Shown here: positions 31,540 to 41,371 of the stretch, piece after piece
How the letters are laid out: every line of letters begins with the position of its first letter
Numbering within the stretch: position 1 is the stretch's first letter
Assembly (NCBI GenBank): GCA_017453325.1
Contig: JAFTKK010000084.1
Location: forward strand, 2,204 to 66,203
Origin: Clostridia bacterium
GTDB taxonomy: Bacteria > Bacillota > Clostridia > Oscillospirales > CAG-272
Length of the DNA stretch: 64,000 nt
Reading direction: 5' to 3'
Translations under genes and position numbers: made by a program
The notes under the pieces: model-generated
The model's input: only the letters and a program-made list of their open reading frames with translations
What the model was told of the DNA's origin: nothing
Databases searched by the model: none

Positions 31540-32238
31540 TCAAAGCTCCTCAACAGATATCACGCCCGCGATACCCGAAAGAGCCGTCATCAGCTTATCG
31601 TGCGTCAGCTTGCGCGGCATATCCAAGGAAAAGATCGCGCAAGGATTTTGAGAGGCGGCGCCCGATTTCGTGATCTGCAGATCGCTGACGTTTACGTGAT
31701 GCGAGCGCAGATATTCCGTCATCCGGATCAAGCTCTCATTTTCCTTATATTCAATGTAGAGGTTGATATTGCGCGACGTGGACATGATGAAATACTCAAA
31801 GCGCGACAGCAGCAATTCGATGATCAAAATCAGCAGCGTGGCGATGAGAGCAGCCTCGAAGAAGCCTGCGCCGATGGCAAGGCCCACGATCGCGGAGACG
31901 AAAAGGCCTGCCGCCGTAGTAAGACCCTTCACCTGACGGCGCTTGGTAACGATAATGGTACCTGCACCGATAAAGCCCATGCCTGCAATGACCTGCGCGC
32001 CAAGACGGGCAAGATCGGTAAACCACTCCATTTCAAGCAACAGATACTGGCTGGTCAGCGTGGTAAGCGATGCACCGAGGCAAATCAGAATATGCGTACG
32101 AAAGCCGGCAGGACGGCGCTTGTACTCACGCTCAATGCCGATAATGCCGCCGCAAATCACGGCCAATACCAAACGAAACACGGCCCCCCACATATGAAAG
32201 CCATCCGCAAAGCGAAGATAATTCAAAATTTCGGTCAT
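31540..32238 (-). CDS. MgtC/SapB family protein (paralog 2)
   Basis: ATG 32238 (MTEILNY...) lies 9 nt after AAGGAGGA. The motif GIEREYKRRPAGFRTH is present, plus a C-terminal ACT-like domain. Confidence 0.85.
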   Translation of the reverse strand: MTEILNYLRFADGFHMWGAVFRLVLAVICGGIIGIEREYKRRPAGFRTHILICLGASLTTLTSQYLLLEMEWFTDLARLGAQVIAGMGFIGAGTIIVTKRRQVKGLTTAAGLFVSAIVGLAIGAGFFEAALIATLLILIIELLLSRFEYFIMSTSRNINLYIEYKENESLIRMTEYLRSHHVNVSDLQITKSGAASQNPCAIFSLDMPRKLTHDKLMTALSGIAGVISVEEL

Positions 32239-32253
32239 AGTCCTCACTCCTCC

Positions 32254-33000
32254 TTACAGTTCTTCAATGGCGCGCACGTTTTCCACACTTGCCACGATGG
32301 AAAGCGCGGTGGCATGAGACATACGCTTGGGCAGCAAAACCGAGAAAACGGCGCTTTGATTGCCGCCCGTCTCACGGCTCTTATTGATCTCCACGTCAAA
32401 AATGCGGATATCCTGCGCCTTGATGGCCGAGATCACGGCACCAACATCATCCACGTGGGCAAATTCTATGTAAAGGTTGATATTGCGCACACGGGAAACG
32501 ATAAAGCGCTCAAGATGCGTAAAGGCAGTAATGGTAGAAATGATGAGCAGGCAGGCAACCAGTGCGCCTTCGACAAAGCCGGCGCCGATGCAAAGGCCCA
32601 TGCAGGCGGAAGCCCACAGACCGGCTGCGGTGGTGAGGCCCTTGACCTGCTGACGCCCCGTCACGATCACGGTGCCCGCACCAAGGAAGCCGATGCCGTT
32701 GATGACCTGCGCGCCGAAACGCGACACGTCGGTAGAAATACTGCCCGGAGATTTCAGATCACCGATGAGAACGAGCCAATGCTCGGTGATCATCATCGTC
32801 AGATACTGGCTGATGATCATAGCAAGCGCTGCCGCAATGCAAACAAGCATATGCGTGCGAAAGCCTGCGGGACGGCGCTTTTTGCCTCGCTCAAGACCGA
32901 TGCAGCCACCGCAAAAAGCGGCCACGGACAAGCGCAGCAGCGCCACCCAAACCGTATTATCGGAGGTTATGGTGCGTAAGGGATCAAGAAATGCAAACAT
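32254..33000 (-). CDS. MgtC/SapB family protein (paralog 1)
   Basis: ATG 33000 (MFAFLDP...) follows an AAGGAG RBS. The motif GLERGKKRRPAGFRTH is present. Architecture matches the downstream paralog. Confidence 0.85.
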   Translation of the reverse strand: MFAFLDPLRTITSDNTVWVALLRLSVAAFCGGCIGLERGKKRRPAGFRTHMLVCIAAALAMIISQYLTMMITEHWLVLIGDLKSPGSISTDVSRFGAQVINGIGFLGAGTVIVTGRQQVKGLTTAAGLWASACMGLCIGAGFVEGALVACLLIISTITAFTHLERFIVSRVRNINLYIEFAHVDDVGAVISAIKAQDIRIFDVEINKSRETGGNQSAVFSVLLPKRMSHATALSIVASVENVRAIEEL

Positions 33001-33022
33001 AGGAGCTCCTTTCAATAAAAGC

Positions 33023-34510
33023 TTAGGATCGTTCTTCGAGTAGCACGATATCAACAGTCAGCAGCCGATAGCCCGTGACGGTCGGGCGCTGCACCGTTAA
33101 GGTCACGGTTGCATTGACGGGATAGCGATTGACATGATCGATCACGTCATAGACCGTGTACATATTGAGGCCGTTGATCTGCGTAATAATATCCCCGACC
33201 TGCAGCTTACCTTGCGCGTTGGCCTCGTTGATCGAGATCACGTACACGCCATCGTAGGGAATATAGGTGTATCCCTCCACCTCTTCCTTCGAAACCGCAC
33301 GGTCGGAGGAGGCAGGATCGGAATACCAATACTCTCCCACAACGCCGATGCCGCCGATGCCAAGCAGCGATCTGCCCGTAGCAACGGGATTTTTACCGGT
33401 AAAGGCGCCGTCTTCAATGATGGCATCCAAAATCAGCTTGGCACCGTCGATCGGAATGGCAAAGCCGATGCCGTCGTAAACCGTACCGCCAAAGTACGAG
33501 ACCTTCATTACCACAATGCCGATGACCTCGCCATACATATTGGCAAGCGGGCCGCCCGAGTTGCCGGGGTTCACGCTGGTATCGGTTTGCAGCAGAGTCA
33601 TTTTTTTATTCACCACACCGCTATCGTCGGTCAGAGAAACGATGCGGTTGATGGCGGAAATCTTGCCGAAGGTGGCCGTGCCCGCATAATCAATCTTGGC
33701 GGGCGTGCCGACGGCCACAACCGTCTCACCCACCAGCGCCGCGGCAGAGGTGCCGAGCTTCAGGGGCGTTAAGCCGTTTTTGTCAACCTTGAGCACCGCA
33801 AGGTCAGACATGACGTCGGTGCCGACCACGGTGGCATCCATTGCGGTGCCGTCGGCAAAGATCACCTGGACCGAGGTCGCGTCCTCAACCACGTGCTGAT
33901 TGGTACAAATGTATCCGTCCTCACGGTAGATAAAACCGGAGCCGATGCCTGCACCGAGCGCGGTGCGCACCGATACGGTGACGGTGGAGCGCTTTACCAG
34001 CTCAGCTGCCTCCTCGGGGGCAAGCAAGCCGATTTCACCCGTATCGTTTTCGCGCACGAAAACGGTGCGGTCATACGCAAGGGTGCGCACGATATGAATA
34101 CCGGCATCGCCTAAAAAGAGTGTCACGATAAGGATGGCAAGGCAAGCGGCCACCACACCGCAAAACACACCGAAGAATCGCTTGGAAGCACCCTTTTGCT
34201 GCACGGGCGCATCCTCCTCACGACGGCCGAAGCGCCAGTCAAGCGCGATCGGCAGCGCGGCTTCACTTTCTTCTTGCCCGTCGTCGGCTTGCGCCTCGGC
34301 GGGCAAATCGGTCGGCTCCGTGGCAGGAGCCTCACACGGGGATGTGAGGGACGCATCTAAGACCTGCTCGGGGGGCGCGTCCAACTCTTTGGTTACTGTA
34401 TCTGTTTCGGCGTGTGCCTCGGTGATGTTTTCCGCCGTTTCACGGGTCGGCTCCGCCGCGGGCACTTCGCCCCTCTCCAGATCGGAGAGATTGTTTTCAC
34501 GTTCTTCCAT
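33023..34510 (-). CDS. htrA: HtrA/DegP-family serine protease with PDZ domain
   Basis: ATG 34510 follows an AAGGAG RBS. It has an acidic N-terminus, one TM helix, catalytic His (CTNQHVV) and Ser (GNSGGPL), and a C-terminal PDZ domain. Confidence 0.88.
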   Translation of the reverse strand: MEERENNLSDLERGEVPAAEPTRETAENITEAHAETDTVTKELDAPPEQVLDASLTSPCEAPATEPTDLPAEAQADDGQEESEAALPIALDWRFGRREEDAPVQQKGASKRFFGVFCGVVAACLAILIVTLFLGDAGIHIVRTLAYDRTVFVRENDTGEIGLLAPEEAAELVKRSTVTVSVRTALGAGIGSGFIYREDGYICTNQHVVEDATSVQVIFADGTAMDATVVGTDVMSDLAVLKVDKNGLTPLKLGTSAAALVGETVVAVGTPAKIDYAGTATFGKISAINRIVSLTDDSGVVNKKMTLLQTDTSVNPGNSGGPLANMYGEVIGIVVMKVSYFGGTVYDGIGFAIPIDGAKLILDAIIEDGAFTGKNPVATGRSLLGIGGIGVVGEYWYSDPASSDRAVSKEEVEGYTYIPYDGVYVISINEANAQGKLQVGDIITQINGLNMYTVYDVIDHVNRYPVNATVTLTVQRPTVTGYRLLTVDIVLLEERS

Positions 34511-34572
34511 ACGAGCTCCTTTCGTGCGTGTTGCCGTACTGCTTGGCAACACAATGGATGACCGAAGCTGCT

Positions 34573-35265
34573 TTAATTGTAAAGTTCAAATTTGTAGCCC
34601 ACACCCCAAACGGTCTTGAGCTCCCATTTATCGGATACGTCCTTCAGCTTTTCGCGCAGGCGCTTGATATGTACGTCTACGGTACGGCTGTCACCGAGAA
34701 ATGCAAAATCCCACACATGCTCGAGCAGCTGCTCGCGGCTGAATACGCGGTTCGGGCTGGAAGCAAGGCAATAAAGGAGCTGGAGCTCCTTGGGCGGGAT
34801 CTCCACCTTTTTGCCCCTCAGGCGCAGCTCAAAGCGTTCCTGGCTGATCTCGAAATTATCAAAGCGGATCACATCACCGCTCTCACGCGTCTGCCCTGCG
34901 CGCACACGGCGCAGCACAGCCTTCACGCGGGCGGCAAGCTCTCTTAAGTCAAAGGGCTTGACCAGCACATCGTCAGCACCCGCCTCAAACCAATCAAGGC
35001 GTGCACCCACATCGTCGGTGGCTGCCATCATCACCACGGGCACGGCACAGGTACGGTGCAGCTCGGTTAACAGCTGCGTGCTCTCGCGCTCGGCGCGAGC
35101 CCCCCCGCCTAAGAGAACCAACTCAGGATGAATGCTTTTGGCAAGCCCGACCGCCTCGGTACGATTTTGCAGCACGGTAACGGCTGCACCCTCGTCCTCG
35201 AAATGCGCTCTCAGCACCTCGCAAAAATGCAAATCATCGACAATGAGAATTTTTGTTCCTACCAT
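34573..35265 (-). CDS. OmpR-family response regulator with atypical receiver domain
   Basis: ATG 35265 (MVGTKILIVDD) follows a GGGAGGA RBS. It has a winged-helix C-terminus (RTVDVHIKRLREKL). At the phospho-acceptor position it reads LVLLG instead of LVLLD. Confidence 0.85.
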   Translation of the reverse strand: MVGTKILIVDDLHFCEVLRAHFEDEGAAVTVLQNRTEAVGLAKSIHPELVLLGGGARAERESTQLLTELHRTCAVPVVMMAATDDVGARLDWFEAGADDVLVKPFDLRELAARVKAVLRRVRAGQTRESGDVIRFDNFEISQERFELRLRGKKVEIPPKELQLLYCLASSPNRVFSREQLLEHVWDFAFLGDSRTVDVHIKRLREKLKDVSDKWELKTVWGVGYKFELYN

Positions 35266-35440
35266 GCCGGTCTTATCCTCCCGATTCACGTTTTGCACAT
35301 GCCGCGTCTGTCGGCGGTGCAAAATTTTAGAATTATTAATTATTATATCACATTTTTGTGTACTTGAAAAGGGCTTTTTTGAAAAAAGTGTTAAGAAACG
35401 GGAAAAACATGCTCTGTTTTAAATATTTTTATGAACACTC

Positions 35441-35469
35441 TTGCAAAAAACGCGAAAAAGCGCTATAAT
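35441..35469 (+). promoter_or_regulatory. sigma-A type promoter upstream of ychF
   Basis: TTGCAA, 17-nt spacer, TATAAT. Confidence 0.6.
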
Positions 35470-35507
35470 AGAATTTATGATTATTCACAAAATAAGGAGT
35501 TACGACT

Positions 35508-36602
35508 ATGAAGCTTGGTATCGTGGGCCTGCCGAACGTTGGCAAAAGCACCCTGTTTAACGCCCTGACGAGTGCAGGCGCGGAATCTGCCAACTATCCC
35601 TTTTGCACCATTGAGCCCAACGTGGGCGTGGTCGCAGTGCCCGACGCACGCATGGATTATCTTGCTGCCATGTATGCACCCGAAAAATACACCCCTGCGG
35701 TGATCGAATTTGTTGATATCGCGGGTCTGGTACGCGGCGCCTCCAAGGGCGAGGGACTTGGCAACAAATTCCTCTCGCACATCCGCGAGGTGGATGCCGT
35801 TGTGCACGTGGTGCGCTGCTTTGAGGACGACAACATCATCCACGTGGACGGCGACGTAGATCCCATCCGCGACCTTGAGACCATCAACCTTGAGCTGATC
35901 TTTTCGGATATCGAAATGCTTGAGCGCCGCATTGACCGCACCAAAAAGGCTATGAAGGGTGACAAAACCCTTGGCGCCGAGCTGGCCGTGCTTGAGCGCG
36001 TGCTTGCAGCACTCACCGAGGGACGCACCGCCCGCACGGTGGAGCTGAGCGAGGACGAGCGTGCCGTGCTCTTTGACACACCTTTGCTGACCATGAAGCC
36101 CGTGATCTACGTGGCAAACGTCGGCGAGGAGGACGTGGGCGACGAGCCGCTTGACAATCCGATGTACGCCAAATTAAAAGAGTTTGCCGAGAGTGAGGGC
36201 GCCGGCATTTTGCCCGTTTGCGCACAGATAGAGGCTGAGATCGCCGAGCTTTCGGGCGAAGAAAAGCAGGCATTTCTTGACGACTTCGGCATTCCCGAAA
36301 GCGGTCTTGACCGTCTCATTAAGGCAAGCTATTCCCTGCTTGGTCTGATCAGTTTCCTTACCGCGGGCCCCAAGGAGGTACGCGCTTGGACCATCACGCG
36401 CGGCACCAAGGCCCCCGGCGCTGCGGGCAAGATCCACAGCGATTTCGAGCGCGGCTTTATCCGTGCCGAGGTGGTTGCCTTTGCCGATCTTGAGCGCATT
36501 GGCTCGATGAACGGCGTGAAGGAAGCAGGCCTTTTGCGCAGCGAGGGCAAAGAGTACGTGATGGAGGACGGAGACATCGTGGTCTTCCGTTTCAACGTCT
36601 GA
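35508..36602 (+). CDS. ychF: redox-regulated ATPase YchF
   Basis: 364 aa with the G1 motif [18 protein letters not shown] and a C-terminal TGS-like domain. Confidence 0.95.
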   Translation: MKLGIVGLPNVGKSTLFNALTSAGAESANYPFCTIEPNVGVVAVPDARMDYLAAMYAPEKYTPAVIEFVDIAGLVRGASKGEGLGNKFLSHIREVDAVVHVVRCFEDDNIIHVDGDVDPIRDLETINLELIFSDIEMLERRIDRTKKAMKGDKTLGAELAVLERVLAALTEGRTARTVELSEDERAVLFDTPLLTMKPVIYVANVGEEDVGDEPLDNPMYAKLKEFAESEGAGILPVCAQIEAEIAELSGEEKQAFLDDFGIPESGLDRLIKASYSLLGLISFLTAGPKEVRAWTITRGTKAPGAAGKIHSDFERGFIRAEVVAFADLERIGSMNGVKEAGLLRSEGKEYVMEDGDIVVFRFNV

Positions 36603-37252
36603 TGCGCGCCCGCAAGAAAAAGCACGGTGCCGAGCGCATCGCCGCCTGTGCTGATCTGCTGATCGAAGATACCGCCAAATTAAAGGACGGTCCCGACGCC
36701 TTTTTTGCCGAGCGGCGTCCCATTCATTTGGAGATCGGCTGCGGCAAGGGCAACTTTGCCTGCGGCATGGCTGCGGCGCACCCCGAGTTCAATTTCATTG
36801 CCATGGAGCGCGTAGCCGACGTGGCCGTGCTTGCGCTTGAAAAGGCCGAGCGTGCCAAGGACACCCGCCCCGACAATTTGCGTTTTCTCATCGGCAACGC
36901 AGAAAACCTGACCGAGTGGTTCCCCGCGCACAGCATTGATTGCCTTTACCTCAATTTCAGCGACCCGTGGCACAAGGCGCGTCACGCAAAGCGTCGCCTC
37001 ACGCACCGCGACTTTCTCGCGCGCTACCGCGAGGTTTTAAAGGTGGGCGGCGTGCTGCGCTTTAAGACCGACAACGTCAATTTGTTTGACTTCTCGCTTG
37101 AGGAATTCGAAGCCGTGGGGCTGCGCGTCACCGACGTCACGCGCGACCTGCACAACAGCCCCCTGAACGAGGGAAACGTAATGACCGAATACGAAAAGAA
37201 CTTTTCGGAAAAGGGCTTCCCCATTCACGCGGCAACTGTATATTTTGATTAA
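36602..37252 (+). CDS. trmB: tRNA (guanine-N7)-methyltransferase
   Basis: 216 aa with EIGCGKG and NFSDPWHKARHAKRR motifs. TGATG overlap with ychF. Confidence 0.92.
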   Translation: MRARKKKHGAERIAACADLLIEDTAKLKDGPDAFFAERRPIHLEIGCGKGNFACGMAAAHPEFNFIAMERVADVAVLALEKAERAKDTRPDNLRFLIGNAENLTEWFPAHSIDCLYLNFSDPWHKARHAKRRLTHRDFLARYREVLKVGGVLRFKTDNVNLFDFSLEEFEAVGLRVTDVTRDLHNSPLNEGNVMTEYEKNFSEKGFPIHAATVYFD

Positions 37253-37271
37253 AAATTGATTAAAAAACTGG

Positions 37272-37302
37272 AAAAGGCCGATGCAGCACGCATCGGCCTT
37301 TT
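37272..37302 (+). terminator. hairpin / weak terminator between trmB and truB
   Basis: 9-bp stem GGCCGATGC / GCATCGGCC followed by only T4. Confidence 0.45.
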
Positions 37303-37313
37303 GGGAGAAAGCT

Positions 37314-38228
37314 ATGACAGAACTGCAAGAGCCCTGCGGCGTACTTTTGATCAATAAGCCTGCGGGACTTACCTCGCACGATGTGGTGGGGCGCGTGCGC
37401 CGACTGTTCGGCACACGACGCGTGGGACACACGGGCACACTCGATCCGATGGCCACAGGTGTGCTGGTGCTGCTGATCGGCCGCGCAGCCAAGGCAGCGG
37501 AATACCTTGCCGTGCACGACAAATGCTATGAGGCTACGCTGCAGCTCGGTCTCACCACCGACACCGAGGACACCACGGGCGAAATTCTCACCACGTGTGC
37601 GGTCCTTCCCGCGCAAGAGGACGTGCTCCGTGCGGCAGCGGGCTTTTGCGGCCCTTACCTGCAAACACCGCCGATGTACAGTGCCCTGAAGGTAAACGGC
37701 CAAAAGCTGCTTGACCTTGCACGGCGCGGCATTGAGGTGGAGCGTGAGGCGCGTGAGGTCTTGATCCACGCACTCGGCGTCACCCCCACGGATGACCCTG
37801 CACGTTACCGCCTTTCGGTCACCTGCTCGGCGGGCACCTATATTCGTACACTCTGCGCCGACATCGGCAAGCTGCTTGGCTGCGGCGGCGCGATGGCGGC
37901 TCTGCACCGCACAAAAACGGGTAATTTCGATATTGAAGATTGCACCACGCTTGACGCGCTGGAGGGCATGGACACCAAGGAACGCACAGCGCGCCTGCTG
38001 CCCATTGAAAGCCTGTTTGACGACCTTGCCGCCGTGCATCTTTCCGCCTTTTTTGAAAAGCTCTCACGCAGCGGCTGTGAGATCTACCAAAAAAAGATCA
38101 AGACCAACTACCCGGTCGGCACGCGCGTGCGCTTATGTGACGAAACGGGGGGCTTTTTTGCCCTTGGCGAGGTGCGCGATTACGAAAACGGCACCGCCAT
38201 CAAAGCCATTAAAACGTTCGTGCTCTAA
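37314..38228 (+). CDS. truB: tRNA pseudouridine(55) synthase
   Basis: ATG 37314 (MTELQEP...). Motifs KPAGLTSHD and GHTGTLDPMATGVL are present, plus a PUA-like C-terminus. Confidence 0.92.
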   Translation: MTELQEPCGVLLINKPAGLTSHDVVGRVRRLFGTRRVGHTGTLDPMATGVLVLLIGRAAKAAEYLAVHDKCYEATLQLGLTTDTEDTTGEILTTCAVLPAQEDVLRAAAGFCGPYLQTPPMYSALKVNGQKLLDLARRGIEVEREAREVLIHALGVTPTDDPARYRLSVTCSAGTYIRTLCADIGKLLGCGGAMAALHRTKTGNFDIEDCTTLDALEGMDTKERTARLLPIESLFDDLAAVHLSAFFEKLSRSGCEIYQKKIKTNYPVGTRVRLCDETGGFFALGEVRDYENGTAIKAIKTFVL

Positions 38229-38282
38229 AAGGGCTAAAACACACCTAAAAATTGAAATTCATAAAAATTTCTACCTTAAAAC

Positions 38283-38330
38283 AAAAAACCGCCTATGCCA
38301 TCGATGTTTGATAGCATAGGCGGTTTTTTT
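38283..38330. terminator. bidirectional intrinsic terminator
   Basis: Stem CCGCCTATGC / GCATAGGCGG flanked by an A6 run upstream and a T7 run downstream. Confidence 0.8.
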
Positions 38331-38379
38331 ATTTATTTCGTGTGTTTTTGGTCTGCGCGAATGACGCAGTCCCTTATGT

Positions 38380-39012
38380 TCAGATCGGCTTGACGTCAAG
38401 CTTCGTTTCCAACACCTCGGTGATGGCACGACCGCCCGTCAAATCTACCACACGGGCAACAAAGTCCTCGGCTTTTGGGGCGGGCAATCCCACGGTCAGC
38501 GCCACACGATCGGCAAAATCGGTGCTGCGCTCACGCGCCTCAAAACGCGGCAGCTCCTGCAGCAGCCTTTGATAGTCGGAATAAGTGAGATCCACCAAAA
38601 CGTCGGTAAACGGTACGAATTCTGCCACGCCCGCAGCCTCAAGTGCGCCGTGCGCTGCGGCGCTGTATGCGCGCGTAAGTCCGCCCGCACCAAGCAATAT
38701 GCCGCCAAAATAGCGCGTGGTCGCCACGCACACGTCCTCAAGGCCGCGCTGCTCGATGGCCTTCAGGGTCGGCATACCTGCAGTTCCCTGCGGCTCGCTG
38801 TCATCCCCGTAGCGCTTATTTCCGTCGCGCAAGAGATAGGCAAAGACGGTGTGGCGTGCTGCGGGGTGCTTTTTTTTGCGCTCCTTGACAAAGGCCTCGG
38901 CCTCGGCAGCGGTGGATACACGCTTGACGGCCGCGATAAACGTGGAGCGTTTTTCCTCTATTTCTGCTTCGCAATCCGTCATAACGGTGCGAAAAAGCTC
39001 GTTACTCACCAC
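38380..39012 (-). CDS. yigZ: YigZ / IMPACT family protein
   Basis: Contains KRSTFIAAV, PAARHTVFAY and RYFGGILLGAGGL. Start is probably GTG 39012 or 39009, after AAGGAGGA and overlapping the hflX stop. The start is uncertain. Confidence 0.8.
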   Translation of the reverse strand: MVSNELFRTVMTDCEAEIEEKRSTFIAAVKRVSTAAEAEAFVKERKKKHPAARHTVFAYLLRDGNKRYGDDSEPQGTAGMPTLKAIEQRGLEDVCVATTRYFGGILLGAGGLTRAYSAAAHGALEAAGVAEFVPFTDVLVDLTYSDYQRLLQELPRFEARERSTDFADRVALTVGLPAPKAEDFVARVVDLTGGRAITEVLETKLDVKPI

Positions 39013-40291
39013 AAAGGCTCCTCCTTGGGGGATTTGTATCATACTCACGCAAGGGGCCGTAGGTGCGTGCATCTACAATGGCGGTGACGGTGACAGCCTC
39101 AGCGCCGTATTCCACGTTTTCCACGGTGGCATTACGGTAAAGCGAGGAAAGCAGCCCCTGCTTGGCGTTGGGGATGAGAAAAGTGACGCGCCGACTGTCA
39201 GCGTGCAGCTTTTCTTCAATGCGGGAAAGCAGGCGGTCAACGCCCTGCCCCGTTGCGGCAGAAATATAGAGCACATCCTCGCGGCCATGTGCAACACCGG
39301 GCAGCGCGGCGCCGAGATCGCATTTGTTAAAGACGTAGAGCACCGGCTTGTCCCCCGCGCCAAGATCGCGCAAGAGTTCCTCGGTCACCTCGATCTGTGC
39401 GCCCGCCTCGGGGTCGGAGGCATCGACCAGGATCAGCAAAAGATCGGCGTGCACGGCCTCGTCAAGCGTCGAACGGAAGGCGTGAATGAGATGATGCGGC
39501 AGATTGCGGATAAAGCCGACGGTGTCGGTAAGCAATATCGTTTCACCACCGGGCAACAGACATTTTCTGGTGGTGGGATCAAGAGTGGCGAAAAGCTTAT
39601 TTTCCGCGAGGATGCCTGCATCGGTGAGATAATTAAGCAGGGTCGACTTGCCCGCATTGGTATAACCGACAATTGCCACGCGTGCGTGCCCGGAACGGTC
39701 ACGCGCCACGCGCTGCGTGCGACGGTTCTCCGCCATTTCGGCCAATGCCTCCTCCAGCATACGCACGCGACGCTGCAAATGACGGCGATCGGTCTCAAGC
39801 TGGCTTTCGCCGGGGCCTCTGGTGCCAATGCCGCCGCCAAGACGAGAGAGCTCGGTACCGCGCCCCATCAAACGAGGGGCAGTATATTTGAGCTGAGCCA
39901 GCTCAACCTGCAGCTTACCCTCTCCGCTGGCTGCGTGCAGGGCAAAAATATCAAGGATCAGCATGGAACGGTCAATGACACGCACCTCGCCACCAAGCGC
40001 CTCCTCCAGGTTTCGGATCTGCGAGGGGGAAAGCTCACAGTCAAACACGACCAGCGCTACCTCGTTACGGGCACAGTAAAAGGCAAGCTCTGCCACCTTG
40101 CCGCTGCCAAGATAGGTGCGCACGTCGGGAGCTTCCTTATTTTGCATCATTTTAAAAACCGTGATGCCGCCTGCGGTGTCAAGCAAGCGCTCAAGCTCCG
40201 CCAGGCTCACCTCGGCCTCCTCCACCGTGCCGCGCACCACCACGCTGACAAGCGCGGCGCGCACGCCGATGATGGCCTCATTTTTTTCCAT
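39002..40291 (-). CDS. hflX: GTPase HflX
   Basis: 429 aa with an HflX N-domain and G-motifs VAIVGYTNAGKSTLLN, DTVGF and NKCD. Confidence 0.93.
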   Translation of the reverse strand: MEKNEAIIGVRAALVSVVVRGTVEEAEVSLAELERLLDTAGGITVFKMMQNKEAPDVRTYLGSGKVAELAFYCARNEVALVVFDCELSPSQIRNLEEALGGEVRVIDRSMLILDIFALHAASGEGKLQVELAQLKYTAPRLMGRGTELSRLGGGIGTRGPGESQLETDRRHLQRRVRMLEEALAEMAENRRTQRVARDRSGHARVAIVGYTNAGKSTLLNYLTDAGILAENKLFATLDPTTRKCLLPGGETILLTDTVGFIRNLPHHLIHAFRSTLDEAVHADLLLILVDASDPEAGAQIEVTEELLRDLGAGDKPVLYVFNKCDLGAALPGVAHGREDVLYISAATGQGVDRLLSRIEEKLHADSRRVTFLIPNAKQGLLSSLYRNATVENVEYGAEAVTVTAIVDARTYGPLREYDTNPPRRSLCGE

Positions 40292-40315
40292 ATAAGCACA
40301 CCTCCCTCAAAACAA

Positions 40316-40346
40316 CAAGAAAAAGGGGGCAGAAGTCCTGCCCCCG
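40316..40346 (-). terminator. intrinsic terminator of rpmE
   Basis: Stem GGGGGCAG / CTGCCCCC followed on the minus strand by a T5 run (TTTTTCTT). Confidence 0.75.
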
Positions 40347-40385
40347 AACTGCCACGCCGTATGCGTGACTGCGTGAAATGACTGA

Positions 40386-40592
40386 TTATTTCTTTGCCTG
40401 GAGTCTTCTGTTGAACTTGTCAACACGACCGCCCACGTCAACCAGCTTCTGCTTGCCGGTAAAGAACGGATGACATTTAGAGCAAATTTCAACCTTCATT
40501 TCCCCGCCGTTGGTAGACTTGGTCTTTACAACATTGCCACAAGCGCAAATGATGCTGACGTCTTCATAGGACGGATGAATTCCTGCTTTCAT
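40386..40592 (-). CDS. rpmE: 50S ribosomal protein L31 (Zn-ribbon type A)
   Basis: Starts [12 protein letters not shown], then CACGN...[13 protein letters not shown] 40592 follows a GAGGTGG RBS. Confidence 0.95.
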   Translation of the reverse strand: MKAGIHPSYEDVSIICACGNVVKTKSTNGGEMKVEICSKCHPFFTGKQKLVDVGGRVDKFNRRLQAKK

Positions 40593-40673
40593 GTTTTCCA
40601 CCTCTCTTTTTACAAATTACGCTTGATTATACCACATCTTTTCACGCTTTGCAAGTGGTTTTGCAAAACTTCT

Positions 40674-41369
40674 TTAAATTTTTTCGGCAATCTCGCGTCG
40701 AAGCACGGCAATGATCTTTTTTTCAAGGCGGGATATGTAGGATTGCGAGATGCCGAGCAGGTCGGCCACCTCCTTTTGCGTCATCTCGCGCTTGCCCGCA
40801 AACCCGTAGCGCAGCTCGATAATCAGACGCTCACGAGGCGGCAACGCTGCCACCGCTTCGTTGACCACGCGGCGCTCCTCGCGCTTTTCCAGCTCAAAGG
40901 AAACGCCGTCCTCCTCGCTGCCCAGTACATCCGAGAGAAGCAGCTCATTTCCGTCGTAATCGATGTTGAGCGGCTCGTCAATGGAAATTTCGCCGCGCCG
41001 CGCGTTGCGCTTGCGCATATACATCAGTATCTCGTTTTCAATACAACGCGAGGCATAGGTTGCCAGCTTGATATTTTTATCGGCGCAAAAGGTGTTGATT
41101 GCCTTAATGAGCCCCACGGTGCCGATCGACACAAGATCCTCAAGACCGGTGCCCGTGTTCTCAAAGCGGCGGGCAATATATACCACCAAACGCAGATTGT
41201 GCTCGATCAACAGCCCTCTTGCCGTCTCGTCATCAGGCAAGCGAGAGAGCGCCTGCGCCTCCTCCTCGGGGGAAAGCGGCGCGGGAAGCACGTCAGGCCC
41301 GTTTACATAGTATACCCCCCGACGGGTGCGAAACATACAAGCCAAAAAACGGCGAAACCACAAAAGCAT
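40674..41369 (-). CDS. sigE: sporulation sigma factor E precursor (pro-sigma-E)
   Basis: Has an N-terminal pro-sequence, then [34 protein letters not shown] and [17 protein letters not shown]. It lies directly downstream of spoIIGA. Confidence 0.9.
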   Translation of the reverse strand: MLLWFRRFLACMFRTRRGVYYVNGPDVLPAPLSPEEEAQALSRLPDDETARGLLIEHNLRLVVYIARRFENTGTGLEDLVSIGTVGLIKAINTFCADKNIKLATYASRCIENEILMYMRKRNARRGEISIDEPLNIDYDGNELLLSDVLGSEEDGVSFELEKREERRVVNEAVAALPPRERLIIELRYGFAGKREMTQKEVADLLGISQSYISRLEKKIIAVLRREIAEKI

Positions 41370-41371
41370 TA

